Below, piece after piece: positions 18,760-27,484 of a stretch of 64,000 nt of DNA (within the stretch, counting starts at the first letter, position 1; every line of letters begins with the position of its first letter). The stretch lies in assembly GCA_046598345.1 (NCBI GenBank), contig JBKJIT010000004.1, positions 137,226 through 201,225 of the forward strand, read 5' to 3'. The DNA comes from Minisyncoccia bacterium (GTDB lineage Bacteria; Patescibacteriota; Minisyncoccia; Phycocordibacterales; UBA918). The position numbers and the translations under genes are program-made. The notes under the pieces are model-generated. The model was not told the DNA's origin, made no database searches, and worked only from the letters and a program-made list of their open reading frames with translations.

Positions 18760-19869
18760 TCACGACGCTTCCCTCGCTTGGTACTGATATTTTGATACGT
18801 TGAGCATAATGCCGACACTTGCAAGTGTTGCAAGGAGTGCTGTGCCGCCATGACTGATGAATGGCAGTGGCAGACCAGAAAGCGGAGCAAGCGCAAGCAT
18901 GCTACCGACGTTGAGGATTGTTTGGGAAATAATGAGTGTCACAAATCCCACAACGAGGAGCATGCCAAAGAGATCAGGCGCATGCGTCGCAATACGATAC
19001 CCACGAAACGTGAAGGTCATATAGAGGAGGAGTAAAAGCACACTGCCGATAAATCCAAATTCCTCACTGTACACAGCAAAGATTGAATCACCGATTGGTT
19101 CTGGCAGGTACTCAAATTTCTGAATACTTTGGCCATATCCACGGCCGGTAATGCTTCCCGAACCTACTGCAATGAGTGATTGATTAATTTGGTAACTCGA
19201 ACCTAGGGGATCGCTCGAGGGGTCAAGGAATGTAGTGATTCGTTCCATGACGTAGGGTCGGGTAAATGCGAGAATCGCAAGCAAGAGTAGGCCGATGCCT
19301 CCAAGAATTGCCACATCTCGAATACGTCCCCCAGCGACAATAAACATCGCAACGCTTGCAGTTGCCATTATGAGAAATGTGTCGGTGTCAGGTTGAAGGA
19401 GCATGATAACCCCTACGATTCCTAGAAACATAAAAAATGGAAGTGTCCCGGCTTTAAATTCAGTAATGCGTTTTTTCATTCCTGAGAGCCACGTTGCAAG
19501 ATAGATAATAAAACCGATTTTCAGAAATTCAGCAGGCTGCAAGGTAAATGACCCAATGCTTATCCAACGATGCGCTCCCCCGTGTTCAAATCCTATGCCA
19601 GGCACAAATACAAGTAACGAAAGGATGACTGTTGCACCAAAAATATAGAATGCGTACTGTCTCCACATGCGGTAGTGCATAGAACTGGTGATGAAGAGCG
19701 CAATGCTTCCGCCTATAAGGCCAAAGAGGATTTGATTCATCGCCACCGAAGAAAACTGCGCTCCGGTGCGTGCAAGGAGACCAAGCGACGCTGACGAAAA
19801 AACGAAAAATCCCAACACCACCATCACAATGACGATGACGAGAAGTGTTCTGTCAAAAGTGTGCCGCAT
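18760..19869 (-). CDS. ftsW: SEDS family peptidoglycan glycosyltransferase FtsW/RodA
   Basis: Ten TM helices with the conserved 'PDTDTF' and 'SHGGT' C-terminal motifs. Confidence 0.85.
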   Translation of the reverse strand: MRHTFDRTLLVIVIVMVVLGFFVFSSASLGLLARTGAQFSSVAMNQILFGLIGGSIALFITSSMHYRMWRQYAFYIFGATVILSLLVFVPGIGFEHGGAHRWISIGSFTLQPAEFLKIGFIIYLATWLSGMKKRITEFKAGTLPFFMFLGIVGVIMLLQPDTDTFLIMATASVAMFIVAGGRIRDVAILGGIGLLLLAILAFTRPYVMERITTFLDPSSDPLGSSYQINQSLIAVGSGSITGRGYGQSIQKFEYLPEPIGDSIFAVYSEEFGFIGSVLLLLLYMTFTFRGYRIATHAPDLFGMLLVVGFVTLIISQTILNVGSMLALAPLSGLPLPFISHGGTALLATLASVGIMLNVSKYQYQAREAS

Positions 19870-19871
19870 GT

Positions 19872-20945
19872 TTAAAATGCGATTGCAAGGAGGACGCCAA
19901 TAATCGCAAACACGAATCCGAGAATCCAGTAGCGCATGGTGACTTTTGCCCCGGGCCAACCGATCGCTTCAAAATGATGATGGAGTGGTGCAATATGAAA
20001 AATCTTTCGCTTAAAAAATTTCTTTGAAAAAATCTGAAGTACGTCAGAAAATACGGTGAGTACGAGAAGAATCCCAATAATAGGAAGTACTGAAACACCC
20101 TCCCCTCCCCCGATAGCATCGGTCATAAATGCCACAATGGTGAGCGACATGGTGAGCGCCATAATGCCCGTTTCTGTCATGTAGAAGCGTGCTGGAGGCA
20201 CATTAAACCAGAGAAAAGCCAAGATACCTCCAACCACTGTTGCGCAATATGCCGCGAGGTCAACTTGGTTTTGAAAGAGCGCAATTGCCGCGTACGCAGT
20301 GAAGATAAACATAAAAGTTCCACCTGAAAGTCCGTCGATACCGTCAATGACGCTCGATGCATAAATGGAAAGTGCGACGAGTAAAAAGAATGGAATGAAG
20401 TACGGTCCAAGGTCAATAAGTCCGTATCCAAAAAATGAAATCTCGTGCACATCAAGTTTTTCATAGAACCACCATGCGCTGAAAAGTGCAGTTACCCCCA
20501 CAACAATGAGGCGCTGTGAAAGTGGAAGCCCACCCGCAAAATGCTTTCCTGTACCACGGATAACGAGGAGATCGTCAAGAAACCCGACTGCTGCTCCGAT
20601 AATAAGTGCAGCTAGGGGGAGCAGTGTTTGTGAACGGCTGAGGAAATCAAGCTTTTCAAAAAAGGTCCCAGGAAAAAGTAGCTGTAAAGCCCAAATACAA
20701 AAAATAGTAATAAGCACACTTGCCCAGATCACAATTCCACCCATGCGTGGAGTGTTTGTGTCCTTTTCCTTGTGCAGCTCGTCAAAAATCGGTGTCTCCC
20801 CTCCTCCGTATCCTGCTCCTTTTCCTGCCTTCTTCTTCCACATCGTATTGGTGTAGAGATAGTGCGAGACAAAAGGAGTGATAATAATACCAACGAGAAA
20901 GGCTATGGCAGTGGGTGCAAAAACTTTGATGAGGGTAGCTTCCAT
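19872..20945 (-). CDS. mraY: Phospho-N-acetylmuramoyl-pentapeptide transferase
   Basis: 'DDLLVI', 'NVPPARFYMTETG' and 'HHHFE' motifs. Confidence 0.9.
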   Translation of the reverse strand: MEATLIKVFAPTAIAFLVGIIITPFVSHYLYTNTMWKKKAGKGAGYGGGETPIFDELHKEKDTNTPRMGGIVIWASVLITIFCIWALQLLFPGTFFEKLDFLSRSQTLLPLAALIIGAAVGFLDDLLVIRGTGKHFAGGLPLSQRLIVVGVTALFSAWWFYEKLDVHEISFFGYGLIDLGPYFIPFFLLVALSIYASSVIDGIDGLSGGTFMFIFTAYAAIALFQNQVDLAAYCATVVGGILAFLWFNVPPARFYMTETGIMALTMSLTIVAFMTDAIGGGEGVSVLPIIGILLVLTVFSDVLQIFSKKFFKRKIFHIAPLHHHFEAIGWPGAKVTMRYWILGFVFAIIGVLLAIAF

Positions 20946-20962
20946 ACAATGCTTAATAGTGA

Positions 20963-22003
20963 TTATTCTGCTTGAGCAACGTAGGCGCGCGCTCGTTCCG
21001 AAAGAAGGAGCGCGTCATCAAAGCGCCCACTTTCTGTTGAGCCGAGGACCGTCACAATTATGGGTCGATTGAGTCCAGCTTCAAACGCGATGACTAGATT
21101 ACCGCCAGCGAGCTCAGTGTACCCAGTCTTTGAGGCAAGAAGTCCGGTAATATCGCTTACGACTTCATTCGTATTTTTTACAATATGGTATGCACCGTCT
21201 TGGTTATTAATGGTTTTAAGCTCGGCGTTCGTGAGTGCAACGAGATCTGGGTATGTTGTAAGAATGTATTCCATGAGAAAGGCCATATCCCGTGCACTAC
21301 CATATGCACCCGCCTCCGTGGGCGAAAGATCAAGTCCGGTCACATTTTTAAAATGTGTTTGTGTAAGCCCGAGTTCGTCCGCCTTAATATTCATTGCTTC
21401 AACAAAGAGCGGTATGGGTTCATCGCTCATGAGAAGTGCATTTCCTGCAGCTGAGGAAAGTGCTCGCGCACCATCATTTGATGATTCAATAAGCATGAGA
21501 TCAGTGAGATCCCTCGCAGTAAATGATTCCCCGTCGGAGAACCCACTGTCCCCTGATTCCTGAATTGCGTCCACAGAAATGTCGACCTTTGCGTCCGTGT
21601 CAAGAAGTTCATGTGCGACGAGCGCCGTCATGAGTTTTGTGACAGATGCGAGTGGGAGTTTATCATCCCCATTCTTATTAAAGAGTACTCGCCCCCCCCG
21701 CACATCCCAGACAAATGCCGCTTCAGCTTGTAGTGTTACATCATTAAAAAACTGCGAAAGAGAAATAACTGCAGGTGCTCCAGATCCGCCAAGCGTTGCT
21801 TCGACACGCACGTCGTCTTTGGGGTCCTCATGTCGCATGAGTGCTGCAATGGTGCCTGTGTATGTAGAAATAAATACAATACCTAAGATACCGAGCGCTA
21901 CTCCGAGTTGGCGAAGCACAGGATAGTGTCCCTCAAGCGCATGAAGTTCCTCGATTCCTGCTTCAATGATTTCTGTGTTTGTTGCGCTTTCCTGCATACT
22001 CAC
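20963..22003 (-). CDS. D-alanyl-D-alanine carboxypeptidase (S11 family PBP)
   Basis: 'ASVTKLMT' (SxxK), an SxN motif and a KTG motif ('SKTGYT'). Confidence 0.8.
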   Translation of the reverse strand: MSMQESATNTEIIEAGIEELHALEGHYPVLRQLGVALGILGIVFISTYTGTIAALMRHEDPKDDVRVEATLGGSGAPAVISLSQFFNDVTLQAEAAFVWDVRGGRVLFNKNGDDKLPLASVTKLMTALVAHELLDTDAKVDISVDAIQESGDSGFSDGESFTARDLTDLMLIESSNDGARALSSAAGNALLMSDEPIPLFVEAMNIKADELGLTQTHFKNVTGLDLSPTEAGAYGSARDMAFLMEYILTTYPDLVALTNAELKTINNQDGAYHIVKNTNEVVSDITGLLASKTGYTELAGGNLVIAFEAGLNRPIIVTVLGSTESGRFDDALLLSERARAYVAQAE

Positions 22004-22011
22004 AATACTGT

Positions 22012-22569
22012 CTAATTCGTTAAGGTGGTTACCTGTTCTTCCTCGCGTTCTTTTTCAAAAGTATCCAGCGCATTCATGATGTCAGCAAATTGAGGTAACT
22101 CTTCTCGCTTCGTGATGCCGAGGTGTGTAAGAAGTTCAGTGGTGATCGCGTATGTAAATGACCGCTGGTCCTTTGGATTACTTCTCCGTTCTATGAGTCC
22201 TCGAATGAGTAAATTGCGCAGAATGAATGACGAATTTACTCCACGCACGCTATCGATTTCCGCACGGCTCACCGGACCACGATAGAGAATTATCGCAAGT
22301 GTCTCTGCACCCGCTTTTCCAATATCGCGCTTCAGGTCATCCTTCCGGAGTTTTTCTATAGTGTCGGCGATGTCCGGTGATGTCACTAGTTCTACTTCTG
22401 TGTCAGTTCGGACAAGTCGAGTGCCGCCGGACTGAAGTTCTGACTCCAGTGTAACAATGGCACTTTTAATTTCCTCCTCGGCCACTTCAAAAAACCGCGC
22501 AAGCTCAGTTAAAGTCATGGGTTCAGCTTTATAAAAGAGAACCCCGTGAATGTGCTGCTTTAGGTCCAT
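22012..22569 (-). CDS. scpB: Segregation and condensation protein B
   Basis: ScpB winged-helix motifs: 'ETLAIILYRGPVSRAEI', 'GVNSSFILRNLLIRGLI'. Confidence 0.85.
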   Translation of the reverse strand: MDLKQHIHGVLFYKAEPMTLTELARFFEVAEEEIKSAIVTLESELQSGGTRLVRTDTEVELVTSPDIADTIEKLRKDDLKRDIGKAGAETLAIILYRGPVSRAEIDSVRGVNSSFILRNLLIRGLIERRSNPKDQRSFTYAITTELLTHLGITKREELPQFADIMNALDTFEKEREEEQVTTLTN

Positions 22570-22644
22570 TCAGTCAGTATAGCAATAAAGGCGCCCTAGT
22601 ACCTCCCTCCCCTGTCTATAAGGATTTAAGCCATTTTTCTGTAA

Positions 22645-23433
22645 TTAGTGATATTTTGGAGCACTAATGGCATCGCGCTCTATCTCGATGTCCGCAAAGT
22701 GTCCGGCTTGGTTAACCAGCACACTTCCCTGCTTCACCATCTCGAGCACTGCAAGGAATCCCACAATGAGTGTGGTACGCACTGATGCGTTTCCTGTGAA
22801 CTCCTTGAATGTAAATTTGAGTTGTCGTTCAACACGCTCGTGAAGACGGTCAATCATTTCTTCTAGGGACACGACTTTCCTCACCTGCACTTTTGGTTTT
22901 TCCACTTTCTTTGGAAGACGTGTAATAACTTCTTGAAGCGCACTCTGAAGAGCGGGTATCGTCGTAAAACTATCAGTCATAAAAAGGGGTGTCTCGTCGA
23001 GCACAAATGTGCGTGCTTGGAGGACTTGCTTCCCAAAAATCTGCTCAATCATGCGTCCGGCATTTCTGTAGATTTGGTATTTTCGAAGCCGTTCTTCGAG
23101 ATGCTCAATATTTTCTTCCTCTGCGTCGGTAAGTTCAAGTACCGGGAGGAGCGATTTTGATTTGATAAGAAGAAGTGTGGAAGCAAGCACAATAAAATCC
23201 GCCGTCTCACGGAGCATGCTTCGCTCCATGACCGCCACATACTGCATGTACTCGTCTGTTACCGCTGCGATAGAAATATCATTAACAAGAAGCTTTCGTT
23301 TCTCAATAAGATCAATGAGCAAATCTAACGGCCCCGAGTACACTTCGGTATTGATAGAGAATATGGTTGTCCTGTTGATCTCTGCTACTTCTGGCATGCA
23401 CTCATTATACATCCCGACACAACCACATAGCAC
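22645..23433 (-). CDS. scpA: Segregation and condensation protein A
   Basis: 'GPLDLLIDLIEKRKL' is the ScpA signature. The probable start is an internal Met (MPEVAE). Confidence 0.85.
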   Translation of the reverse strand: MLCGCVGMYNECMPEVAEINRTTIFSINTEVYSGPLDLLIDLIEKRKLLVNDISIAAVTDEYMQYVAVMERSMLRETADFIVLASTLLLIKSKSLLPVLELTDAEEENIEHLEERLRKYQIYRNAGRMIEQIFGKQVLQARTFVLDETPLFMTDSFTTIPALQSALQEVITRLPKKVEKPKVQVRKVVSLEEMIDRLHERVERQLKFTFKEFTGNASVRTTLIVGFLAVLEMVKQGSVLVNQAGHFADIEIERDAISAPKYH

Positions 23434-23456
23434 ATTCTAGATGCTATACATAAAAT

Positions 23457-23490
23457 AAAAGCACCTGGTCTGGTGCTTTTACTTTTTTAA
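23457..23490. terminator. Bidirectional terminator (aaaagcaccagaccaggtgctttt)
   Basis: Perfect 9-bp stem with T runs on both strands. It lies downstream of a 34-codon minus-strand ORF. Confidence 0.6.
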
Positions 23491-23500
23491 ATAGTTACGG

Positions 23501-23605
23501 TTACTGTCCTTTCTTTTGTGGGTTTCCTGAGGAAGTCTGATTCCCTTCTTTCTTTTGCGGATTATTTGATTGTCCTGGATTTGTTCCTGACTTTTTATCT
23601 TCCAT
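23501..23605 (-). CDS. Possible 34-aa low-complexity ORF (MEDKKSGTNPGQSNNPQKKEGNQTSSGNPQKKGQ)
   Basis: Manual translation. No Shine-Dalgarno sequence, but its own terminator follows. Confidence 0.15.
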   Translation of the reverse strand: MEDKKSGTNPGQSNNPQKKEGNQTSSGNPQKKGQ

Positions 23606-23739
23606 ATATCTTACAAATTAATTACTAAACCTCGGCCTCCCCAGTATGCCTAAAGAGACATTAAGTAATGATGAAGCTTGATGAAATTATCATAAGTATA
23701 AGAAAGGGCGCTCACTTAGACCTTCAGTTTTTATATTAG

Positions 23740-23871
23740 TTACCAGCAAAACTCCGAATATATGACACCAGCGTAGGCTCGTTCAATTGCTTGTTTAATA
23801 TACGGAATAGTATTTTCTGGAAGAGTATTGATGGGAAACCATTGTAAGTCATCACACTTGTTTGGCTCCAT
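23740..23871 (-). CDS. 43-aa ORF with strong RBS; resembles a Nudix hydrolase C-terminal tail (possible gene remnant)
   Basis: AGGAG lies 11 nt upstream of the ATG. The peptide MEPNKCDDLQWFPINTLPENTIPYIKQAIERAYAGVIYSEFCW resembles the MutT tail 'EWMSLVGLNADDFPPANEPVIAKL'. Confidence 0.3.
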   Translation of the reverse strand: MEPNKCDDLQWFPINTLPENTIPYIKQAIERAYAGVIYSEFCW

Positions 23872-23962
23872 CCTAATTATTTCTCCTCAAAAGAAGAATA
23901 TTGTCCTCTTTTCTAAAGAGTAAATATAGCGAAGGTATAAGTAACGGTCTTAATACAGGAAA

Positions 23963-24460
23963 TTATATTTGTATTTTAAAGTATCTTTGATGCCCGTATT
24001 CTGATTCCTGCTCGTAGGTCCCCACTATTCTCTCTGCGTAATTTTTTGCGATCTTGTCCGCGTAGCCATTTCCTGTAGCAGCATGACGCGTTAGGAATTT
24101 GTACCCACGTTTGCGTGCTTCGTGTTCAAGTATATCCATAAGTTTGGCCACATATCCCTTGCCTTGCTCATCAGGCTGGATCTCAGTCGTGTCTATGTAC
24201 GCAGCATCTGGTACTGATTCATCAGGAATTGTATACGTAAAACCAACAATTTTCTCACCCTTCTTAAGTAGTAAGACGATATTCTCTGCGTTCTCAAAAT
24301 TTTTCTTAAGGTATTCTGTTTCAAAGCTCTTTCCTGGAAAGCACAATTCTTCCAATTCAAGGATTTCTTTTTCAACAGTCTCCCACGTTTGAAATGAGGG
24401 ATCAAAAAAAGTTACACTCACTTCTGGCGTTGGCTCATAAGAATTTGGACTTTCATTCAT
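23963..24460 (-). CDS. GNAT family N-acetyltransferase
   Basis: 'IVGFTYTI...EQGKGYVAKLMDILEHEARKRGYKF' is the acetyl-CoA binding motif A region. The start is placed at MNESP. Confidence 0.8.
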   Translation of the reverse strand: MNESPNSYEPTPEVSVTFFDPSFQTWETVEKEILELEELCFPGKSFETEYLKKNFENAENIVLLLKKGEKIVGFTYTIPDESVPDAAYIDTTEIQPDEQGKGYVAKLMDILEHEARKRGYKFLTRHAATGNGYADKIAKNYAERIVGTYEQESEYGHQRYFKIQI

Positions 24461-24506
24461 ACAAAAAGTATACCAGGATAATTCGAGGTAGGCGTGGTGT
24501 AAGCTT

Positions 24507-24893
24507 CTATTCCTGTATGATGGATAAAATGTTGCTCGCAGGATCTTTAAACCAAGCGATGTCAGGACCGTTGCCACTTGCTTTGCCACGATAAATTCCC
24601 TTTTCGTCTGCTGTCATCACTGTATTATCATAGCGCTCTAGTAGGATTCCTTTGGACTTTAATATGTCTGTACTTTCATTAATATCGTCAACAATAAAGT
24701 TTAGAACCGTGAAGGTTGCGGGAGTGTGGTCGTCTTTTTGGTACAAAAACACAGAGTGACCATTTGACCATTTAATGTTGAGTCCTTCCTTCGTCTTAGA
24801 TACAGAAAGACCCAAAACGGCTGTGTAGAAGTTTAAGGATGTGTCTAGATCATTGACTGAGTAACTGCTAAATACTGAATTATTTTTAAACAT
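24507..24893 (-). CDS. VOC/glyoxalase-bleomycin resistance family protein
   Basis: 128 aa: 'LNFYTAVLGL' ... 'AWFKDPASNILSIIQ'. Confidence 0.75.
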   Translation of the reverse strand: MFKNNSVFSSYSVNDLDTSLNFYTAVLGLSVSKTKEGLNIKWSNGHSVFLYQKDDHTPATFTVLNFIVDDINESTDILKSKGILLERYDNTVMTADEKGIYRGKASGNGPDIAWFKDPASNILSIIQE

Positions 24894-25123
24894 ACGTCAT
24901 ACTAGCATCCACTTAGTGAAGCTGACGTGAGTTATGAGAAAGCGTCAAGATGTTAGAGTAAAATTTCATTTAGTTGAATAGTCCCTAATAGATTTTTTGC
25001 GTTTGCGGAGAGCGATCCAGTTTGTTCCATTTTGCAAGCTAAGAAAATCTAATCGCATCAAATTTACTTTATTGAAGTAACGGAATCTCTTTCAAAAAAA
25101 TCTTCTGCTGCCGAGTTTTCTTA

Positions 25124-25360
25124 CTATTTTCGAGTACCGTCACGTTTAAAGAATGTCCATACGTAGTATTTTTCAACTTTCTCTCGTGCCCATGGCGTTT
25201 TGCGCAAAAAAGTGAGACTTGAATGTGTACTTGGCGTTTCTATAAAGCACTTAATTTTTATTTTCTTCCCCAGCTCATCCCAGCCATACTGAGCCACCAG
25301 TTCTTCAATAATGGTTTTCAGCGTGACTCCATGTAACGGGTTATTTTTCTGTGGTGTCAT
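25124..25360 (-). CDS. DUF2132 (VF530-like) small protein
   Basis: 'NPLHGVTLKTIIEELVAQYGWDELG...PSTHSSLTFLRKTPWAREKVEKYY' matches the DUF2132 consensus. Confidence 0.7.
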   Translation of the reverse strand: MTPQKNNPLHGVTLKTIIEELVAQYGWDELGKKIKIKCFIETPSTHSSLTFLRKTPWAREKVEKYYVWTFFKRDGTRK

Positions 25361-25398
25361 TGAGATGTATATGTGTTCCTAAAGTATTGTCGGATATA

Positions 25399-25896
25399 TT
25401 AACGCAATGTACTTAAGAACGTGTTAAGTTCATTTGGTGATTTAAATCTCTTTACATGTGTGGCGCCACTCTCTGCTAATGCACCTTCGATTCTCGGTCG
25501 CTCTCCACGAGTTAGGACAAGCCAAAGAAAACTCCAACTAAATTTTTCTTGAGCATCCTCATGTAGTTCTGGTCTGCTCTTTTTACGATGCTGCACCCAG
25601 CGCTTAACGAGTTGAAGTGCACAACGAACACCTGAGTAGTCGAGGTATAACACTATATCAGCAGCCTTAAGCCGATCTGACATTTTCTCGTCTACATATC
25701 CTTCAATAATCCATTCGTCTTTTTTAATCAATTCAGCATGTGTTTTGAGGTATTCAGCTTCTGGTATTTCCTCCCAGTTCCCTTTCCAAAAAAGCTGGTC
25801 CATATGAAAAAGTGGCAATCCAGTTTTCTCAGCAATGGTTCTTGAAATTGTACTTTTCCCAGAAGCACTTATTCCGGCGATAGCGATTTTTTTCAT
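25399..25896 (-). CDS. P-loop NTPase, topology-modulation/adenylate-kinase-like (FlaR-type)
   Basis: Walker A 'AGISASGKST' within 165 aa. Confidence 0.75.
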   Translation of the reverse strand: MKKIAIAGISASGKSTISRTIAEKTGLPLFHMDQLFWKGNWEEIPEAEYLKTHAELIKKDEWIIEGYVDEKMSDRLKAADIVLYLDYSGVRCALQLVKRWVQHRKKSRPELHEDAQEKFSWSFLWLVLTRGERPRIEGALAESGATHVKRFKSPNELNTFLSTLR

Positions 25897-25897
25897 T

Positions 25898-26014
25898 TCA
25901 ACTTTCTAACAAATCTTGGGTAATCCCACGACCTGAAGCTTCTTCCCTAAGTTTTTCACCTGTTAATTCACTTTGTATCGCCAATAATCTTTTTTCTATT
26001 TCGTTTTTTCTCAT
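25898..26014 (-). CDS. Possible 38-aa ORF (MRKNEIEKRLLAIQSELTGEKLREEASGRGITQDLLES), translationally coupled between pepA and the P-loop NTPase
   Basis: The ATG sits 3 nt after the pepA stop codon (TAAtgcATG). Its own stop is 1 nt before the NTPase ATG (TGAaATG). Confidence 0.25.
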   Translation of the reverse strand: MRKNEIEKRLLAIQSELTGEKLREEASGRGITQDLLES

Positions 26015-26017
26015 GCA

Positions 26018-27484
26018 TTAGAACTTCTCCACAATGGTCACGAGGAGGCGGACAGGTTCTCCAGTTGCACCCTTCGCAAGTTTGTCTGATGCGACCGAGG
26101 TCATGCGAGGAGCCATGTCGATATGTACCCAATTCATTCCTTTTGCAAAGTGTGCGAGGAATGTACCTGCATTTATCGTGCCTCCGTACTTTGAATCACC
26201 AGCAGGAATGTTAGAGATGTCGCCGTGCACACCTTTGATATACGGCGCGTATTCATCCCAGAGTGGAAGCGGAAACACATAATCGCCGCTCTCTTCACCG
26301 AGATCTCGGAACCTATCTTCTAACGCACGATCTTTGGTCATGATGACGCTCGCGTGTTGGCCTATTGCGACGAGTGCTGCACCGGTGAGTGTTGCAACAT
26401 CGACGACGAGTTTTGGATTGTAGCGCTTCGCGTAGTGGAGCGCGTCAGCGAGGATGAGTCTTCCCTCTGCGTCGGTGTGAAGGACGTCTACTGTTGTGCC
26501 AGACATCATTGTAAGCACATCTCCCGGACGCATCGCGCTACCTGAAATTGCATTTTCTGCTGCGGGGATAAGCCCGATCACATTTTTCTTAAGCCCGCGT
26601 TTCGCAATCGCCGCAATCGCTCCGATCACCGCTGCGCCACCAGACATATCCATGTGCATTTCATACATCGCCATCCCAGGTTTTATTTGGAGTCCGCCCG
26701 TGTCGAACGTGATGCCTTTACCGACAAACACAACGGGGTTGTGTTTGTCACTGGTTGTTTTTCTTTGTGCGCCTTTAGCCGCTTTTGTTTTTGTCGTCTT
26801 TGGCTTTCCTAATCCCCAGTATTCAATAACGATAAAACGGGGCGTATCTATTGCTCCCTTCCCTACCCCTAAAACACCCCCCATACCAAGCTTTTCTATG
26901 GCTTTCTCATCAAGTACCGAAACCGTGGCCTTTGTGCCTTTAAGAGCCCTTTTTGCTGCTTCCCCGAGGCCTTTTGGTGTCATGTCGCCTCCAGGAGTAT
27001 TGGCGATGTCCCTTGCTGCGTTAGCCGCCCGGGCATTAACCTCCCCTGCCTCGAAACCAGCCTTAGCCTCAGCACTTCCACTCCCGACGACAACCACTTC
27101 ACTCAGAATTTCTTTTGGTGCCGTACTCTTGTATGCGTTAAATTCGTAGTCTGCGAGTACTACGTTTTCCGCAATGGTTCGGTACGCCCATGCTTCTCCA
27201 TAGGTAGCGAGCCCTGTGTACAGTTCTGACTTAAACTCAAATGCGAGTTTTTGTATTTTGTACTTTTTTGCAGTTTGTACCATTTCACGAATAAGCGTTC
27301 GAAATGTTCGTGGAGTTATCTTTTCGAGCTTTCCAATTTTAAGGTTGAGGAATGTCTTACCGTCTGTTTCCACAAAACGTTCAACTTCTGCTTCACCAAT
27401 TCGCGTGTACGCTCCCGGAAGTGAGTCTATTGATTTATTCGTTAGTTTTATCTGCATTGGTTTCTGGATTAGCGAGTAAGGCAT
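26018..27484 (-). CDS. pepA: Leucyl aminopeptidase (M17)
   Basis: 'NTDAEGRL'-type motif 'HTDAEGRLILADAL' and 'VGKGITFDTGG'. Confidence 0.9.
   Translation of the reverse strand: MPYSLIQKPMQIKLTNKSIDSLPGAYTRIGEAEVERFVETDGKTFLNLKIGKLEKITPRTFRTLIREMVQTAKKYKIQKLAFEFKSELYTGLATYGEAWAYRTIAENVVLADYEFNAYKSTAPKEILSEVVVVGSGSAEAKAGFEAGEVNARAANAARDIANTPGGDMTPKGLGEAAKRALKGTKATVSVLDEKAIEKLGMGGVLGVGKGAIDTPRFIVIEYWGLGKPKTTKTKAAKGAQRKTTSDKHNPVVFVGKGITFDTGGLQIKPGMAMYEMHMDMSGGAAVIGAIAAIAKRGLKKNVIGLIPAAENAISGSAMRPGDVLTMMSGTTVDVLHTDAEGRLILADALHYAKRYNPKLVVDVATLTGAALVAIGQHASVIMTKDRALEDRFRDLGEESGDYVFPLPLWDEYAPYIKGVHGDISNIPAGDSKYGGTINAGTFLAHFAKGMNWVHIDMAPRMTSVASDKLAKGATGEPVRLLVTIVEKF

Noticed and set aside
26496-27149. 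Plus-strand 217-aa ORF inside pepA; similar antisense ORFs inside dnaK, alaS and M16 genes
   Set aside because: These are shadow ORFs opposite strongly supported genes, and the translations are Ser/Pro/Ala-rich nonsense.
27435-27484. 50-nt co-directional overlap of aspS 3' end with pepA 5' end as a programmed frameshift or fusion
   Set aside because: Both proteins have complete, canonical termini. The overlap is more simply explained by pepA starting at its second Met (23-nt overlap) or by ordinary coupling.
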